Positions 26,005 to 36,091 of a DNA stretch of 36,574 bases are shown here, piece after piece. Both the position numbers and the translations under genes were made by a program. Position 1 is the first letter of the stretch. Each line of letters begins with the position of its first letter. The notes beneath the pieces are model-generated. The model ran no database searches, was not told the origin of the DNA, and was given only the letters and a program-made list of their open reading frames with translations. The DNA is from a virus (Duplodnaviria > Caudoviricetes): positions 1 to 36,574 of the IMG/VR virus record IMGVR_UViG_3300011116_000453; one strand, given 5' to 3'.

Positions 26005-29000
26005 TTATGCGATTTCCATCGTGTCGTTGATGAATCTCATTTTCTTTTTATCAATCAATGGATCTTCTTGTTCTTTTGTGCTACCATCTTCTTGTTGAAC
26101 TTGTGGTTGCTGTTGTGTCTGTTGAATATCTTGGCTTGGCGTAGGAGGAGGTGCATTAGCAGGCACTTGAGATTGAACTGGTTGCCCATTAGCATCTAGC
26201 TGAACAGGATTACCATTTGCATCAGTAGGTTGTGCAGCAGCAGCTTCATCAGCCATCTGAGCATCCAGTTCTTCAATATCTTCATCTGTCTGTTGCAAAA
26301 TATTCTTTCTAACCCATTCAGCAGAATAATATCGCCCAACATATGGATCGACTAATTGTAATGTTTGTATTCTGGCTGTTATTAACTCTGCTTCTTTAAG
26401 TTCAGTGAAGTTATTATCTTTCTTATAATCATACCAGATATTCTCTTTGAATGTTTTCCATTCTTCTTCTGTACATACTTTTTTAAGCAATAGTTGAACA
26501 CGGAGAAGATCATCGAATAATGTTGAAAACTTATTTCTTAAGCGTTGGACAAACTTATTAAACTTAAGTTCATCCCGTGTAATTTCTGTTGTGCGACCTA
26601 ATGAAAATCCACTCGATGATTCAAGGCGCGATACTGGAACGCCAAGGGCCCGATATAATTTCTTTTCGAAATACTTAACATCTTCAAGTTCGCCCAAATT
26701 CATAGCACCTGGTAATGTTGTGATCTCAGTTCCTTTGGACCCTTCCCTCCGGGGCAACCAAAAATCTTCGAGCATTGAGAGGTGCTTTCGATCATCTTTT
26801 ATTTCACCTGTCGAATTACAAGTATAGATACCTGCATCTAGTGCAAACGTATGATAATCATGATAAATCTCAGTCTTATCGATACCTAAAGTTCCTACAT
26901 CCATTCTTTCTTCTAAGAATGCTATAGAAGTGATTTTATGATTTTTATATGACACAGATTCTTTATATTGATTATATCTATCATATCCCTTCTTTTGAGA
27001 AATTCTTGTGAGATCCTTTTCTGTGAAGGGATCTATATTATTTCTATTTCGAATTTTAACATTTTCATTTAATTTTTTCCATGAATTCATATCTACATTA
27101 TTATTGATATGGTCTATAGCATCTTTAGATACTAACTTTTGCATAGCACAATCATACACTAGATTAAAAATTTCATCAGTATATTGTATAGTCTGTCTAT
27201 TACTATGTTCAATTTTAGAATCTTCTTTAGACCACCGAGCTATATTACAAGTCTTTCTCATCCCATTCATCTGATCAACTGAACGATTTCTACCTCGTTC
27301 TGCTGCTTCTTGACGACTTTTAATAGTCCAACCATCCGAAATTGCTTGACCAAATTTATCATTAAATTCTTTATCTTTTAATAATTTCTGAAGTCTATCA
27401 TTACCCTTTTTAGATGCTTTTACTATCTCCTCGTGCGACATATTGAATGGGTGAGTGCCTTGTTTACGATGTTTATCTTGTAATTTCTTTCCGTTCTTTT
27501 TACCATTTTCCACTAAAGTTTCACGAGGAACAATGAAAAATGGAGTATTTGTATCTCGGCGTCTCTGGGCAGTAATTTTACCGCCCTTCTTACCAGCTTC
27601 GGACGCAAATTGTCTATGATAATCAAAATGATCATTCCGATTCATTCTTGATAGATTATCAGGAACATTATTATATCGATCAAAATTGATATGATGTACT
27701 GTGTTTTTCAATTTTTCACTATGTTCTTTTAGATATAACATTTCATTTGGAATATTAAAGGAATCTTTCCATTGTGAGACTAATCTATGTGTGAATTGCC
27801 ATTTCTTAGATTCATTCTCAAATATTTGCTGATATGTATTTTTACCTGCAATCACAGGGGTTTCTCGTGTATAATGAGGAATCATAGAATCACCGACAAT
27901 CAGATCCTTGGCCTCAACTTTACCCTTGCCCCAGACAGGAAACTTATGATCCAATGTGCATGTAATAGTTTTGCCATTATCTAATGTAAGTTTCATGACT
28001 TTTTCATTAAATCGGGTGACACCAGCGGATGTTACCAGACCTGGAGCAAATTTACCTGTAACAGGATCAGCAGAATATACCCAAAGTTTTTTACCAGATT
28101 CAAATTCTTTCTGAAGTTCACTGATATTCAGTGTTCTGCCATCCAATAGTGGAATAAGTGTGTCCATAGATAGACAGCTATCGTATACTAACTTATTTCG
28201 ATATTTGACCATTGTATCACGAAGATATTGTTCGGCTTTGATAGTTGACATATTACCAACATCAACATAGAATACACGGCGTTCAGGTGCCCGAGACAGT
28301 CTATAAATGACTGTAGCATCTTCGACCATTCTTAGTTGATTGAGTGGCTTGATAGCTTTATGTAAATATGAAAGCACCATCGCTCTCTTACCATCCATAA
28401 GGCCAGAATTAACATTGACAACAGCATCTACTGCTATCTTTGCGCCTAGATTCGAATGTGCTCCGATCACGCCTCTTTCATTATAAAGATAATATTCTGA
28501 CTGGCGCTTAATAATTTCCATGCCAGTTCTGCTATCTTTTGTTTTTTGAATTTCACGAATCTTGCGGATCCGCCGAGGATCGATATATCTTAGCTCTTCA
28601 ATTCCTCTCTGAGGGCTTTTATCATTAATGACTACATGGTAAAATAAGCGCCCATCAATATACCAACGCCTATAAATATCATGCCCCATATTACCGAAAT
28701 CTAGTAACTTAAGGATAAAATCAAATTCTTCATTGATTCTTTTTTTGATTGTATCGGGTTGTTTTAGGTCATCCAGATTTAACTCAACACCTTTGCCGTT
28801 ATCGTCATTGACAATAGATTCATTGACAACATCATCAATAGCTGTTTCAAGTTCGGGTTGCATTGACATTTCGCGATACCGAGTGATCAGCTCGATTTCA
28901 TTTCGAACAACACCATCCAGATCGACATATGTGCCATAATACGATCCTGATTGGATCGTGACAGCACCATCCATATTCTCAGGAATAGAGAATGTTTTGT

Positions 29001-29073
29001 TTTTAATGTCTTGGTCTTGCGGAGTCTGTTTATTGCTGCGACCAATTTCAAATCCGAATAGTGTTAATGCCAT
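26005..29073 (-). CDS. gp20: Portal vertex protein precursor containing an intein (mature ~568 aa)
   Basis: WYIDGRLFYH, LRYIDPR.IR, SYLHKAIK..NQLRM.EDA.VIYR.SRAPERR and MLEDFWLPRREG.KGTEI.TLPG. Confidence 0.97.
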   Translation of the reverse strand: MALTLFGFEIGRSNKQTPQDQDIKNKTFSIPENMDGAVTIQSGSYYGTYVDLDGVVRNEIELITRYREMSMQPELETAIDDVVNESIVNDDNGKGVELNLDDLKQPDTIKKRINEEFDFILKLLDFGNMGHDIYRRWYIDGRLFYHVVINDKSPQRGIEELRYIDPRRIRKIREIQKTKDSRTGMEIIKRQSEYYLYNERGVIGAHSNLGAKIAVDAVVNVNSGLMDGKRAMVLSYLHKAIKPLNQLRMVEDATVIYRLSRAPERRVFYVDVGNMSTIKAEQYLRDTMVKYRNKLVYDSCLSMDTLIPLLDGRTLNISELQKEFESGKKLWVYSADPVTGKFAPGLVTSAGVTRFNEKVMKLTLDNGKTITCTLDHKFPVWGKGKVEAKDLIVGDSMIPHYTRETPVIAGKNTYQQIFENESKKWQFTHRLVSQWKDSFNIPNEMLYLKEHSEKLKNTVHHINFDRYNNVPDNLSRMNRNDHFDYHRQFASEAGKKGGKITAQRRRDTNTPFFIVPRETLVENGKKNGKKLQDKHRKQGTHPFNMSHEEIVKASKKGNDRLQKLLKDKEFNDKFGQAISDGWTIKSRQEAAERGRNRSVDQMNGMRKTCNIARWSKEDSKIEHSNRQTIQYTDEIFNLVYDCAMQKLVSKDAIDHINNNVDMNSWKKLNENVKIRNRNNIDPFTEKDLTRISQKKGYDRYNQYKESVSYKNHKITSIAFLEERMDVGTLGIDKTEIYHDYHTFALDAGIYTCNSTGEIKDDRKHLSMLEDFWLPRREGSKGTEITTLPGAMNLGELEDVKYFEKKLYRALGVPVSRLESSSGFSLGRTTEITRDELKFNKFVQRLRNKFSTLFDDLLRVQLLLKKVCTEEEWKTFKENIWYDYKKDNNFTELKEAELITARIQTLQLVDPYVGRYYSAEWVRKNILQQTDEDIEELDAQMADEAAAAQPTDANGNPVQLDANGQPVQSQVPANAPPPTPSQDIQQTQQQPQVQQEDGSTKEQEDPLIDKKKMRFINDTMEIA
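26815..28176 (-). mobile_element. 454-aa intein with an HNH endonuclease, inserted at VYDS/STGE of gp20
   Basis: Starts CLSMDTLI, has block B CTLDHKF, HNH VHHINFDRYNN.PDNL....H...H, and ends HTFALDAGIYTCN before the +1 Ser. Confidence 0.92.
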
Positions 29074-29091
29074 TCATAATTCTCCGGTGAT

Positions 29092-29118
29092 TAACGAGGA
29101 GAATCGATCTCCTCGTTA
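29092..29118. other. Strong intergenic hairpin between gp19 and gp20 (mRNA end, processing site or attenuator)
   Basis: TAACGAGGAGA-atcga-TCTCCTCGTTA, an 11-bp stem with no U-tract. Confidence 0.65.
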
Positions 29119-29137
29119 TAATTATATATAACTTATT

Positions 29138-29740
29138 TTAACCAGCTACTGGAACAGTATTAGTTCCTGCATCGGTCGTGTCACTCTCCCACCATTGATA
29201 GGCAAAAGTCACTGCATATTCTTCAATCGTATCGTTTGCACCCCAATCAAGTTCAATCGGGCTAATATCAACTGGGAACAATCCAACAAAGTTATATTTC
29301 TTAAGAACTTTGCCAGTCTTACCGTATTGATAGACAGTCGCATCTTGCTGATATCCGCCTGCTCCCTGTATAAATGATGCATTTCTTAGATTAGCAGCAT
29401 GCGAATTCATTCCGCTCATCCACTTTTCAAATGCATTACGGATCACAAAGTCTTCATCATTGATGATTGTAACAGTCCATTCAGGGAATGATCTATTGCC
29501 AGCAAACTTAAGTTCACGGCCGAAGTAGAATACAGGTACCTGATTCACTGTTGACCCAGGTAAATTTGCAGTCTTACACATAAATGTAAACTTCTGATTA
29601 GCGCCCGAACCCGAAGCGAAGCCTGTTGGTGTAGATGATGTTGTCGCAAGGATTGGAAAATTTAAAGTGCACCGAAACAGATTTGGTCTTGCACCGTCAG
29701 TTACCATCTGCGATCTAAACTCTTGGACTCTAAAAGCCAT
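29138..29740 (-). CDS. gp19: Tail tube protein
   Basis: GARPNLF, F.CK.A.LP.S, GR..K.AG.R.F..WTVT..ND.DF..R.AFE.W and F.YQWW. Confidence 0.95.
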   Translation of the reverse strand: MAFRVQEFRSQMVTDGARPNLFRCTLNFPILATTSSTPTGFASGSGANQKFTFMCKTANLPGSTVNQVPVFYFGRELKFAGNRSFPEWTVTIINDEDFVIRNAFEKWMSGMNSHAANLRNASFIQGAGGYQQDATVYQYGKTGKVLKKYNFVGLFPVDISPIELDWGANDTIEEYAVTFAYQWWESDTTDAGTNTVPVAG

Positions 29741-29762
29741 ATTTTTAACTCCTTTTTTCTTA

Positions 29763-29770
29763 TATTTATG
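29763..29770 (-). promoter_or_regulatory. Late promoter for gp19
   Basis: CATAAATA. Confidence 0.65.
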
Positions 29771-29777
29771 CTATTTT

Positions 29778-31508
29778 TTAAAACTTACCAACAATTTCTT
29801 CAAAAGATACACCAGTTCGGACTGCTATAAAGTTTAGTTGGATGAAGTTAATGCTTCTCGCTGGCTTGATATAAATGTCGCCAATAAACTCGTTTCTATC
29901 AATAACTTCAGGAGTATTATTTGTGCTATCACAAACGACTTTGAAATCATATATGCCGCGTCGGCCTTTTACATCACGGAGATATGGCTCAATTAGAGAG
30001 ACGAACTGTGACCGAGTAAACTCATCATTGAATTCGAATAGTGAGTATCTTGCGGCTCTTGCGATAGCCTTTTCAAGAACAATAAAGAGTCTGCGAACAT
30101 TGATTCTATCAAAAGCAGATGGCTTAGCTAGAAGAGTTTTATCTCCGAATAGTACAGTACCTTCACCTGGGAAAGTAACAATAGGATTAATACCATTCTT
30201 GTAAAGGTCATCTCTGTTAGCCTTAGTTGGATTCCAACCGAGTTTAACAGCATTTTTGATTTGGCCGCGATTAAAGCCAGCAGGTGAGAACCAAGGGTCT
30301 CTTTGATAATCTGTGCGAACACAAAGCCCTGCGATGTCTCCATTCATTGGTACCCAACGATAAACATTGTTATACTTATCGAACTGATACTTCCAAGTTG
30401 AGTCCATCACAACATATGATGACGATCGGCCTAAAGAATTTTTATAATCAATAATATCACTAGTTTCTTCACCAATATTGTTTACACAGTTAGCTTTTGC
30501 AGGTGAAATAAATGCTACACAATCTTTTCTTGCTTCGCAGATATTATCAATAACATATTGCTGGATTGCAATGCTATGATCGCCTGTAAGAATCAGTGAT
30601 ACATCAACTTCTTCAGGATTAATGAACTTATCATATGCAAGCTGGAGTGTTCCCTGAGTAGCGGTCTGATATACACCGTTGGCTAGTGATTTTGTATATT
30701 CAACAGCCGTGCCGGTATTAGCATAATTAGTATTGGCCGCTGCACTGCCCCAGGCAGGAGCTTGCGCCATACCGTTTGCAGCTAGTGCATGGTTCATGAT
30801 ATAGATATACTTTGACTTATCATTAATAACATTTACATAGTAGTTTGAAGAGCCATCGTCAGTCTTAGCATCTGAGGCCTTTGAGACATAAGCAAACTTT
30901 TCTAGAACAGTATTTGCAAGCCCTGTAAACTTACCATTTTCATCAATAATGATGATGTGCATCTCATCATTTGCGCCGCCGACGCCGGAAGTAAACGTAC
31001 TTGTTCCAGGAGCAGTATCAAATTGATCATAGTATGTCCAAACAGCAGAAGAATTCCATGTATTTGGTGCTGCTGTATTTCCTGTAAACATAGATACTTT
31101 TAGGCTGTTTCCAAGCTCACCTGGATATCTGGCTGCGAACATACCATATGTGTTTGAATTTGGTATAGCAATAAAATTAGCCTCGTAAATATCACGGTTA
31201 TTAATGCTAGCCGCCGTGCTACCAGAAGTCGAATTTAACTGGACTGAGCTATTAGATGCGCGAATGACTCTAAGGCTCTGTGCATATGATAGGAAGTTTG
31301 CAGCTGTAAAGAATGAAACGAATGTGTTAGAATCTGGCTTGCCAAAAGTATTGACAAGTTCTGTTTCATTTGAAATGTACATGATCTTATTAGCAGGTCC
31401 CCAAACAAAGTTTCCTACATACGCGCCTTCCGTTGTTCCCACAGAAGGAACAATAGTCGTCAGATCGACTTCAGATACATTGACACCTGGTGATAGTTGA
31501 AACGCCAT
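29778..31508 (-). CDS. gp18: Tail sheath protein
   Basis: SPGVNVSEVDLT, F.WGP, PWFSPAG.NRG, FDRINVRRLF and KPARSINFI.LNF. Confidence 0.97.
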   Translation of the reverse strand: MAFQLSPGVNVSEVDLTTIVPSVGTTEGAYVGNFVWGPANKIMYISNETELVNTFGKPDSNTFVSFFTAANFLSYAQSLRVIRASNSSVQLNSTSGSTAASINNRDIYEANFIAIPNSNTYGMFAARYPGELGNSLKVSMFTGNTAAPNTWNSSAVWTYYDQFDTAPGTSTFTSGVGGANDEMHIIIIDENGKFTGLANTVLEKFAYVSKASDAKTDDGSSNYYVNVINDKSKYIYIMNHALAANGMAQAPAWGSAAANTNYANTGTAVEYTKSLANGVYQTATQGTLQLAYDKFINPEEVDVSLILTGDHSIAIQQYVIDNICEARKDCVAFISPAKANCVNNIGEETSDIIDYKNSLGRSSSYVVMDSTWKYQFDKYNNVYRWVPMNGDIAGLCVRTDYQRDPWFSPAGFNRGQIKNAVKLGWNPTKANRDDLYKNGINPIVTFPGEGTVLFGDKTLLAKPSAFDRINVRRLFIVLEKAIARAARYSLFEFNDEFTRSQFVSLIEPYLRDVKGRRGIYDFKVVCDSTNNTPEVIDRNEFIGDIYIKPARSINFIQLNFIAVRTGVSFEEIVGKF

Positions 31509-31557
31509 TTTTTTATCTCCTTTTAGGAAGGTTTATTATTATATCTCGTATAATATA

Positions 31558-31565
31558 TATTTAGT
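31558..31565 (-). promoter_or_regulatory. Late promoter for gp18
   Basis: ACTAAATA in the intergenic region. Confidence 0.6.
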
Positions 31566-31588
31566 TTTTTACACTATTCAACATAATA

Positions 31589-33271
31589 TCACAACCTATG
31601 CTTATTACTCAGTGTATCAAAATCGACATTATCAAATACGAATTTTCTTTGCCTGTCTAGCACCCACAATTCTTTATCTCCCATGTCATTATCAAGATTG
31701 TCATTTAACCCATTATCAATGATTCCAAAGGGTACTATATCATTATCCATGACTTCAAGCTGTTCTTTCTGAAGGACTTGCCGTATATCATTATTTATAT
31801 TTTGCTTGAAATACTTCTGGGATGCTAACCAGCCGAAATGGACCATAGTCATAGCCAGGTCATCATGGGATCCTTCTTCAGCAGCAAATGATGCTTTACT
31901 TGATGAAAATGTAGTGAATTCTTTGATAGTGTCTTCATCATATACTAACAACTTATCCGATTCGATAAGCGTTTTAAGATTAGCACACCCTATTTTCTTA
32001 GTCTGGACAGAAGTTTTAAGCCCATGTGCGATCCTTCTAGTATAGCCACCTGTAAATTGCTGGCCTTGTTTACCCTTCATTTGAATTTTGATTAGATTGT
32101 CATAGTTCAACTCATAATGGAGAATATCTGCTACCTGGAGCCCAATAGAATTGATTTCTACCAATATAAAAGCTTCATTATATTTCATGCCAGCAGTGTA
32201 TAGCACTGTTGGGAATAGCATAGGTGATATAGCATTATTCCTATACTTAGCGACTTGCTTATATGGAATGCTTGTCACATCGATGATCGAAAATGTCGAA
32301 TAGTCTAATCCTTGCCCCTCTGCTACATCTGCTGTTAGAACATATGTATTACCAGGAACTGGCATTTCTATTATGTCCATATAACCGTCATGAGCAATAG
32401 CATCTTTTGAAGTAGCAAACATTTGTTTGATTTTAGGTCCGCTGATCAAAGTATTAGTCGATCCGAGAAATTCTACATTAAATTCTTGTTGGAATTGTTC
32501 AGGTGATGTATTTCGGATAGTCTCTTCTTTCCATGCTTCATCTCTACCAGGAATAGCAGACCAATGTACTTCAATAGGCACATAATCCGATTTCTTTTTT
32601 TCAGCATTATTCCACATAGTATAGAAATGATTCATGCCTTTGGGAGTACTTACAATGATAATCTTAGTGTCTGTACCAGCGGTAATAACTGGATATGTTG
32701 AAGTAAAGAACTCTTCTGCTACATTATTTGGAACGAATGCGAATTCGTCAAGAAGGATCATATCATATGAACCTGACCGAAGACCGTCTGCTGATGTAGC
32801 AAATGCGCCGATCTTTGATCCATTCTCTAGCTCAATATTACCTTTGTTCCATTCAATAATACCCGATTGGAGCCATGTAGGTAGATTTTCATATGCTAAT
32901 TTAAGTCTTTGGAGTAGGCCATTGGCCGCGGCGCCTTTATGAGCCAGAACTGCCATATTAAAGTTTTCATTAAACAACAAAGAATGGAGAAGATACGCGA
33001 TAGTTGTAATAGATTTCCCACTTTGTCTAGGAATCTTACATATAACAAATCGATTTTTCTGAAATGTATGAATCATTTCTTCTTGAAAATCATATAGTAG
33101 AAATGGTTGAACGCCTTTACCAAGAACAACAATTTTCATATATGTTTTGATGAAATATATCGGATCGGCCATGCATTTCGCATATTCATCGATCTCATAC
33201 TGAGACATAGCAATATTAGTGAATGCTCTTCGAAGCCTAGGGTTGCCATTATATCCCAGATTTTTAACCAT
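31589..33271 (-). CDS. gp17: Terminase large subunit
   Basis: PRQSGKS, LLDEFAF, STPKGMNHFY, DVAEG.G.DYS and HDDL.M. Confidence 0.97.
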   Translation of the reverse strand: MVKNLGYNGNPRLRRAFTNIAMSQYEIDEYAKCMADPIYFIKTYMKIVVLGKGVQPFLLYDFQEEMIHTFQKNRFVICKIPRQSGKSITTIAYLLHSLLFNENFNMAVLAHKGAAANGLLQRLKLAYENLPTWLQSGIIEWNKGNIELENGSKIGAFATSADGLRSGSYDMILLDEFAFVPNNVAEEFFTSTYPVITAGTDTKIIIVSTPKGMNHFYTMWNNAEKKKSDYVPIEVHWSAIPGRDEAWKEETIRNTSPEQFQQEFNVEFLGSTNTLISGPKIKQMFATSKDAIAHDGYMDIIEMPVPGNTYVLTADVAEGQGLDYSTFSIIDVTSIPYKQVAKYRNNAISPMLFPTVLYTAGMKYNEAFILVEINSIGLQVADILHYELNYDNLIKIQMKGKQGQQFTGGYTRRIAHGLKTSVQTKKIGCANLKTLIESDKLLVYDEDTIKEFTTFSSSKASFAAEEGSHDDLAMTMVHFGWLASQKYFKQNINNDIRQVLQKEQLEVMDNDIVPFGIIDNGLNDNLDNDMGDKELWVLDRQRKFVFDNVDFDTLSNKHRL

Positions 33272-33274
33272 TAT

Positions 33275-33758
33275 TTACCTATTCTTTAACTAATATATTA
33301 TTTGAAATAGTATTCATAATTAGTCGTATTCACATTCACTCTGTATTCAGAAGCGCCGTTAGTAATATGAAATTTTTTGACTATATCTGTCGATGGGCTA
33401 AGCGTAATCATCCTTCTGATTTCAGGTTTATGTTTCATTATATAATTTGCCATCTTTAATATTATATTCCGCCCACAGCCCGGAGCATAACTCCATACAC
33501 TATAAAATACTGCAATGTCAGGAATCAGACAATCTTCAAATAGCTGCTCTGTACTATTGGGTATAGTGTTTTGATAACTCACGCATATGATTGAAAGAGG
33601 TAATTCAGAAATTTCAGTATCGAGTAGCACAATAACTTCTTTGTTTTTACCAATTCTCGATTCTGCTGATATTTCAGGCCTGACAGGATCTTGCTCGATG
33701 AATTCTATAAAATTATCTTGCATAGTGCTGATGATATGTAACATTACCTATTCTTCAA
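33275..33758. repeat. 15-bp direct repeat TTACCTATTCTTYAA (33275-33289 and 33744-33758) flanking the inserted gene
   Basis: Duplicates the 3' end of gp16 (LKNR*); 14 of 15 bases identical. Confidence 0.8.
33298..33744 (-). CDS. GNAT-fold protein resembling the malonyl-CoA decarboxylase catalytic domain
   Basis: AVFYSVWSY.PG.GR..I.......P.I.R.ITLSP. Confidence 0.55.
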   Translation of the reverse strand: MLHIISTMQDNFIEFIEQDPVRPEISAESRIGKNKEVIVLLDTEISELPLSIICVSYQNTIPNSTEQLFEDCLIPDIAVFYSVWSYAPGCGRNIILKMANYIMKHKPEIRRMITLSPSTDIVKKFHITNGASEYRVNVNTTNYEYYFK

Positions 33759-34190
33759 TTGATGAAGTAATTCTGCTGTTGTACCCACAAAAACAGCTTT
33801 ATCGATAGTTACATTAGTTTCATCAAGTTTTTTATTATTGTCACCACCTTTTAGATCCTTTGTCTTTTTCTGAAGATCAAAAAGGTCTTTAGTGGTATCA
33901 GCAACAGTTTTCATCAGTGTTGCCATAACTTCATATGCTCTTGGCGATTCACTTTCTTTGGCTAAGTCTCCGATACCCTCAATAGCATCATTACCTTTAT
34001 TGATAAGGTCGCGGAATGTTCTTCGTGCTAATCGATAATCCTCATCTTGATCAGCCTGATTCTCAGTAGGAGCATCAATAACTGTTTGCTCGGATCGGAC
34101 AACTAGCGGTAGCTTTTTAGCTGCTGCTGGTATAATATCAACAATATTCTCTATACCTAAAGCATTAGATAGTGCATCACCTGTTTTCAT
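33744..34190 (-). CDS. gp16: Terminase small subunit
   Basis: DY..AR.....LI.KG..A, ESESPRAYEV.A.L.K and AVFVGTTAEL. Confidence 0.92.
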   Translation of the reverse strand: MKTGDALSNALGIENIVDIIPAAAKKLPLVVRSEQTVIDAPTENQADQDEDYRLARRTFRDLINKGNDAIEGIGDLAKESESPRAYEVMATLMKTVADTTKDLFDLQKKTKDLKGGDNNKKLDETNVTIDKAVFVGTTAELLHQLKNR

Positions 34191-34192
34191 GA

Positions 34193-35197
34193 TTATGTAT
34201 TCGGCCATTCTGTAATAACAGTAGTGTAACCAAAGTCCTCTCCGGGCTGAGCAGTATTAGGCTTAGGAGTAATATCAATTACAGCCAACTTAAGTGGTGT
34301 AGCATCAAAGCTCTCGATAGTGTATGAAGCATTTGTTGATGTTGCTTTTATTTTATTTCCGACATTAAATGTTCCCTGGGCTGCTCCTATTTCAAGTTTA
34401 TTTATAGTCGGATTCCAGCTCATGACAATGCCGTATGCATTAGCAGTCGATGGGTTACTTCCCTGATATATTGTATCTTGAATCATGAATGTGCCGTTAT
34501 TACCATTCTCAGTATTTATTCTTATTATGTTACCCCGAACAATAGACGGATCATTGAATATATTTGTGATGCTTCTCTTGATAATCTTGGGCTTAGAAAT
34601 GGGCCCATAATAGTTAGCCTTGACTGTAAATGCAAGTGTCCAGTGTATATACCGAACAGAATCAAAGTTTCCCTCATACTCAACATTGTTTGATACACTA
34701 GTCAATATGACAGGAACATCTTTGAGGAATCCAAGTTCAGGTATAGCATTGATCGTCACTGTATAGTCTGGATTAAAATATGGTAATATTTGCTCGACAA
34801 TATGAGTACCATCATCGATATTCTTAGCATAGATGTTCAGTTCAAATGTTAGATCATAGGGCACGCCCATATACATCGAATTTGACTTGGATGCACTATC
34901 TGCTTTAGCATGGCGAAGGAGTGAATTCTGTTTCCTAGTAGCATCATATGCCATGCTCCGAATCTCAAATGACATGCGGGGAAGTGTAATCTGTGTTTCT
35001 CTTTGAAGATCAGGATCAGAATTAATTCGGGTTATATACTTATCTTTGGGACCATATATGATCGGAACATTCATTCGTTTCAGTTCGCTGCCAGTATCCT
35101 TATCTTTTCGAATAACTGTGATATCATTGAAAAGGCTTCCAAAAAGGATTACATACTTCCGAGTGAGTTGATAATAAAAATATGAATTATGGAGCAT
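34193..35197 (-). CDS. gp15: Tail sheath stabilizer / completion protein
   Basis: FY....RK.V..FG.LFNDI, VPI.YGPK.K, LPRMSFEI and QILPYF.P. Confidence 0.93.
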   Translation of the reverse strand: MLHNSYFYYQLTRKYVILFGSLFNDITVIRKDKDTGSELKRMNVPIIYGPKDKYITRINSDPDLQRETQITLPRMSFEIRSMAYDATRKQNSLLRHAKADSASKSNSMYMGVPYDLTFELNIYAKNIDDGTHIVEQILPYFNPDYTVTINAIPELGFLKDVPVILTSVSNNVEYEGNFDSVRYIHWTLAFTVKANYYGPISKPKIIKRSITNIFNDPSIVRGNIIRINTENGNNGTFMIQDTIYQGSNPSTANAYGIVMSWNPTINKLEIGAAQGTFNVGNKIKATSTNASYTIESFDATPLKLAVIDITPKPNTAQPGEDFGYTTVITEWPNT

Positions 35198-36078
35198 TAT
35201 GGTGACCCAAACGGATTATTTTCTGACAGATCAATAAAGTTATTAGCTTCTGTCTGAAGATTTCTATTATCATATAGATCATAATCTACAAAGTCGCCCA
35301 GAGTGTCTGTGGCTGATACTCTATATTTAGCATTGGATGATACACCCGAGATATTTCCGCTTGTGCTGAATTCGCCCACAATATTGATCAGAAGCAATTC
35401 CAAACCTGCACGATCCCAATCTTTGACTTCTGCTTGTGCAGTAGCATATGCGATATTAGCACCCTGATATACAGATTCGCCGATAAAGTAATCGACATTT
35501 CCTGTTGGATTAGAAACATTGATCTTGATAGTATATGTTGTATGAGTAGCAATAGCATCGACTTCAGCAATGCCCGTTTTAATATCTTCGTTGCTAAAGC
35601 GGAACATTTCTGCCCGCATTTCATAGATGTATGGATTTCTGTTACCCAACGAGAAGAACATCAATTCTTCTTCGATAAACTTTATTTCAAATAGTTTATT
35701 GAGAGTTGGAATAAAGATCAGATCGCCTTCGCGTGGCCTTGTCGCAATAACAGAAGGTACATATCGTTCAAACTCTCTTCGGCCGACAATGAAATTGGAT
35801 GTATCACGAACTTCAAGACCAAACTTTGAAAAGAAGTCACCATCACCTTCATAGCCTTCGACGTTAGCCAGATAGAATGCCATCAGATATGCCCGGTCGA
35901 ATTTAGAGTTTACATTTTCGCCTAAAATGAAGTCATCTTCATCAAATGATTCGCGAGGTAGATAATAACAGTTATGGCCCATGATCGTAATAGATTCATT
36001 AACTACATCTTCCATTAACTGGACTTCTGTAGTTGGTATGGCTGAAAAATTATTGAAATAGCTGGAGACCGGGCTCAT
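35197..36078 (-). CDS. gp14: Neck protein
   Basis: ESI...G...YYLPR, FFSKFGL...D, RPREGDLI and E.NPFG. Confidence 0.93.
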   Translation of the reverse strand: MSPVSSYFNNFSAIPTTEVQLMEDVVNESITIMGHNCYYLPRESFDEDDFILGENVNSKFDRAYLMAFYLANVEGYEGDGDFFSKFGLEVRDTSNFIVGRREFERYVPSVIATRPREGDLIFIPTLNKLFEIKFIEEELMFFSLGNRNPYIYEMRAEMFRFSNEDIKTGIAEVDAIATHTTYTIKINVSNPTGNVDYFIGESVYQGANIAYATAQAEVKDWDRAGLELLLINIVGEFSTSGNISGVSSNAKYRVSATDTLGDFVDYDLYDNRNLQTEANNFIDLSENNPFGSP

Positions 36079-36091
36079 TTAAAAATTATCC

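Noticed and set aside
2575-35854. Numerous short antisense or out-of-frame ORFs in the track (e.g. 2796-3221, 3570-3956, 20588-20935, 29875-30204)
   Set aside because: They are shadow ORFs overlapping well-supported genes, with no SD or recognisable motifs.
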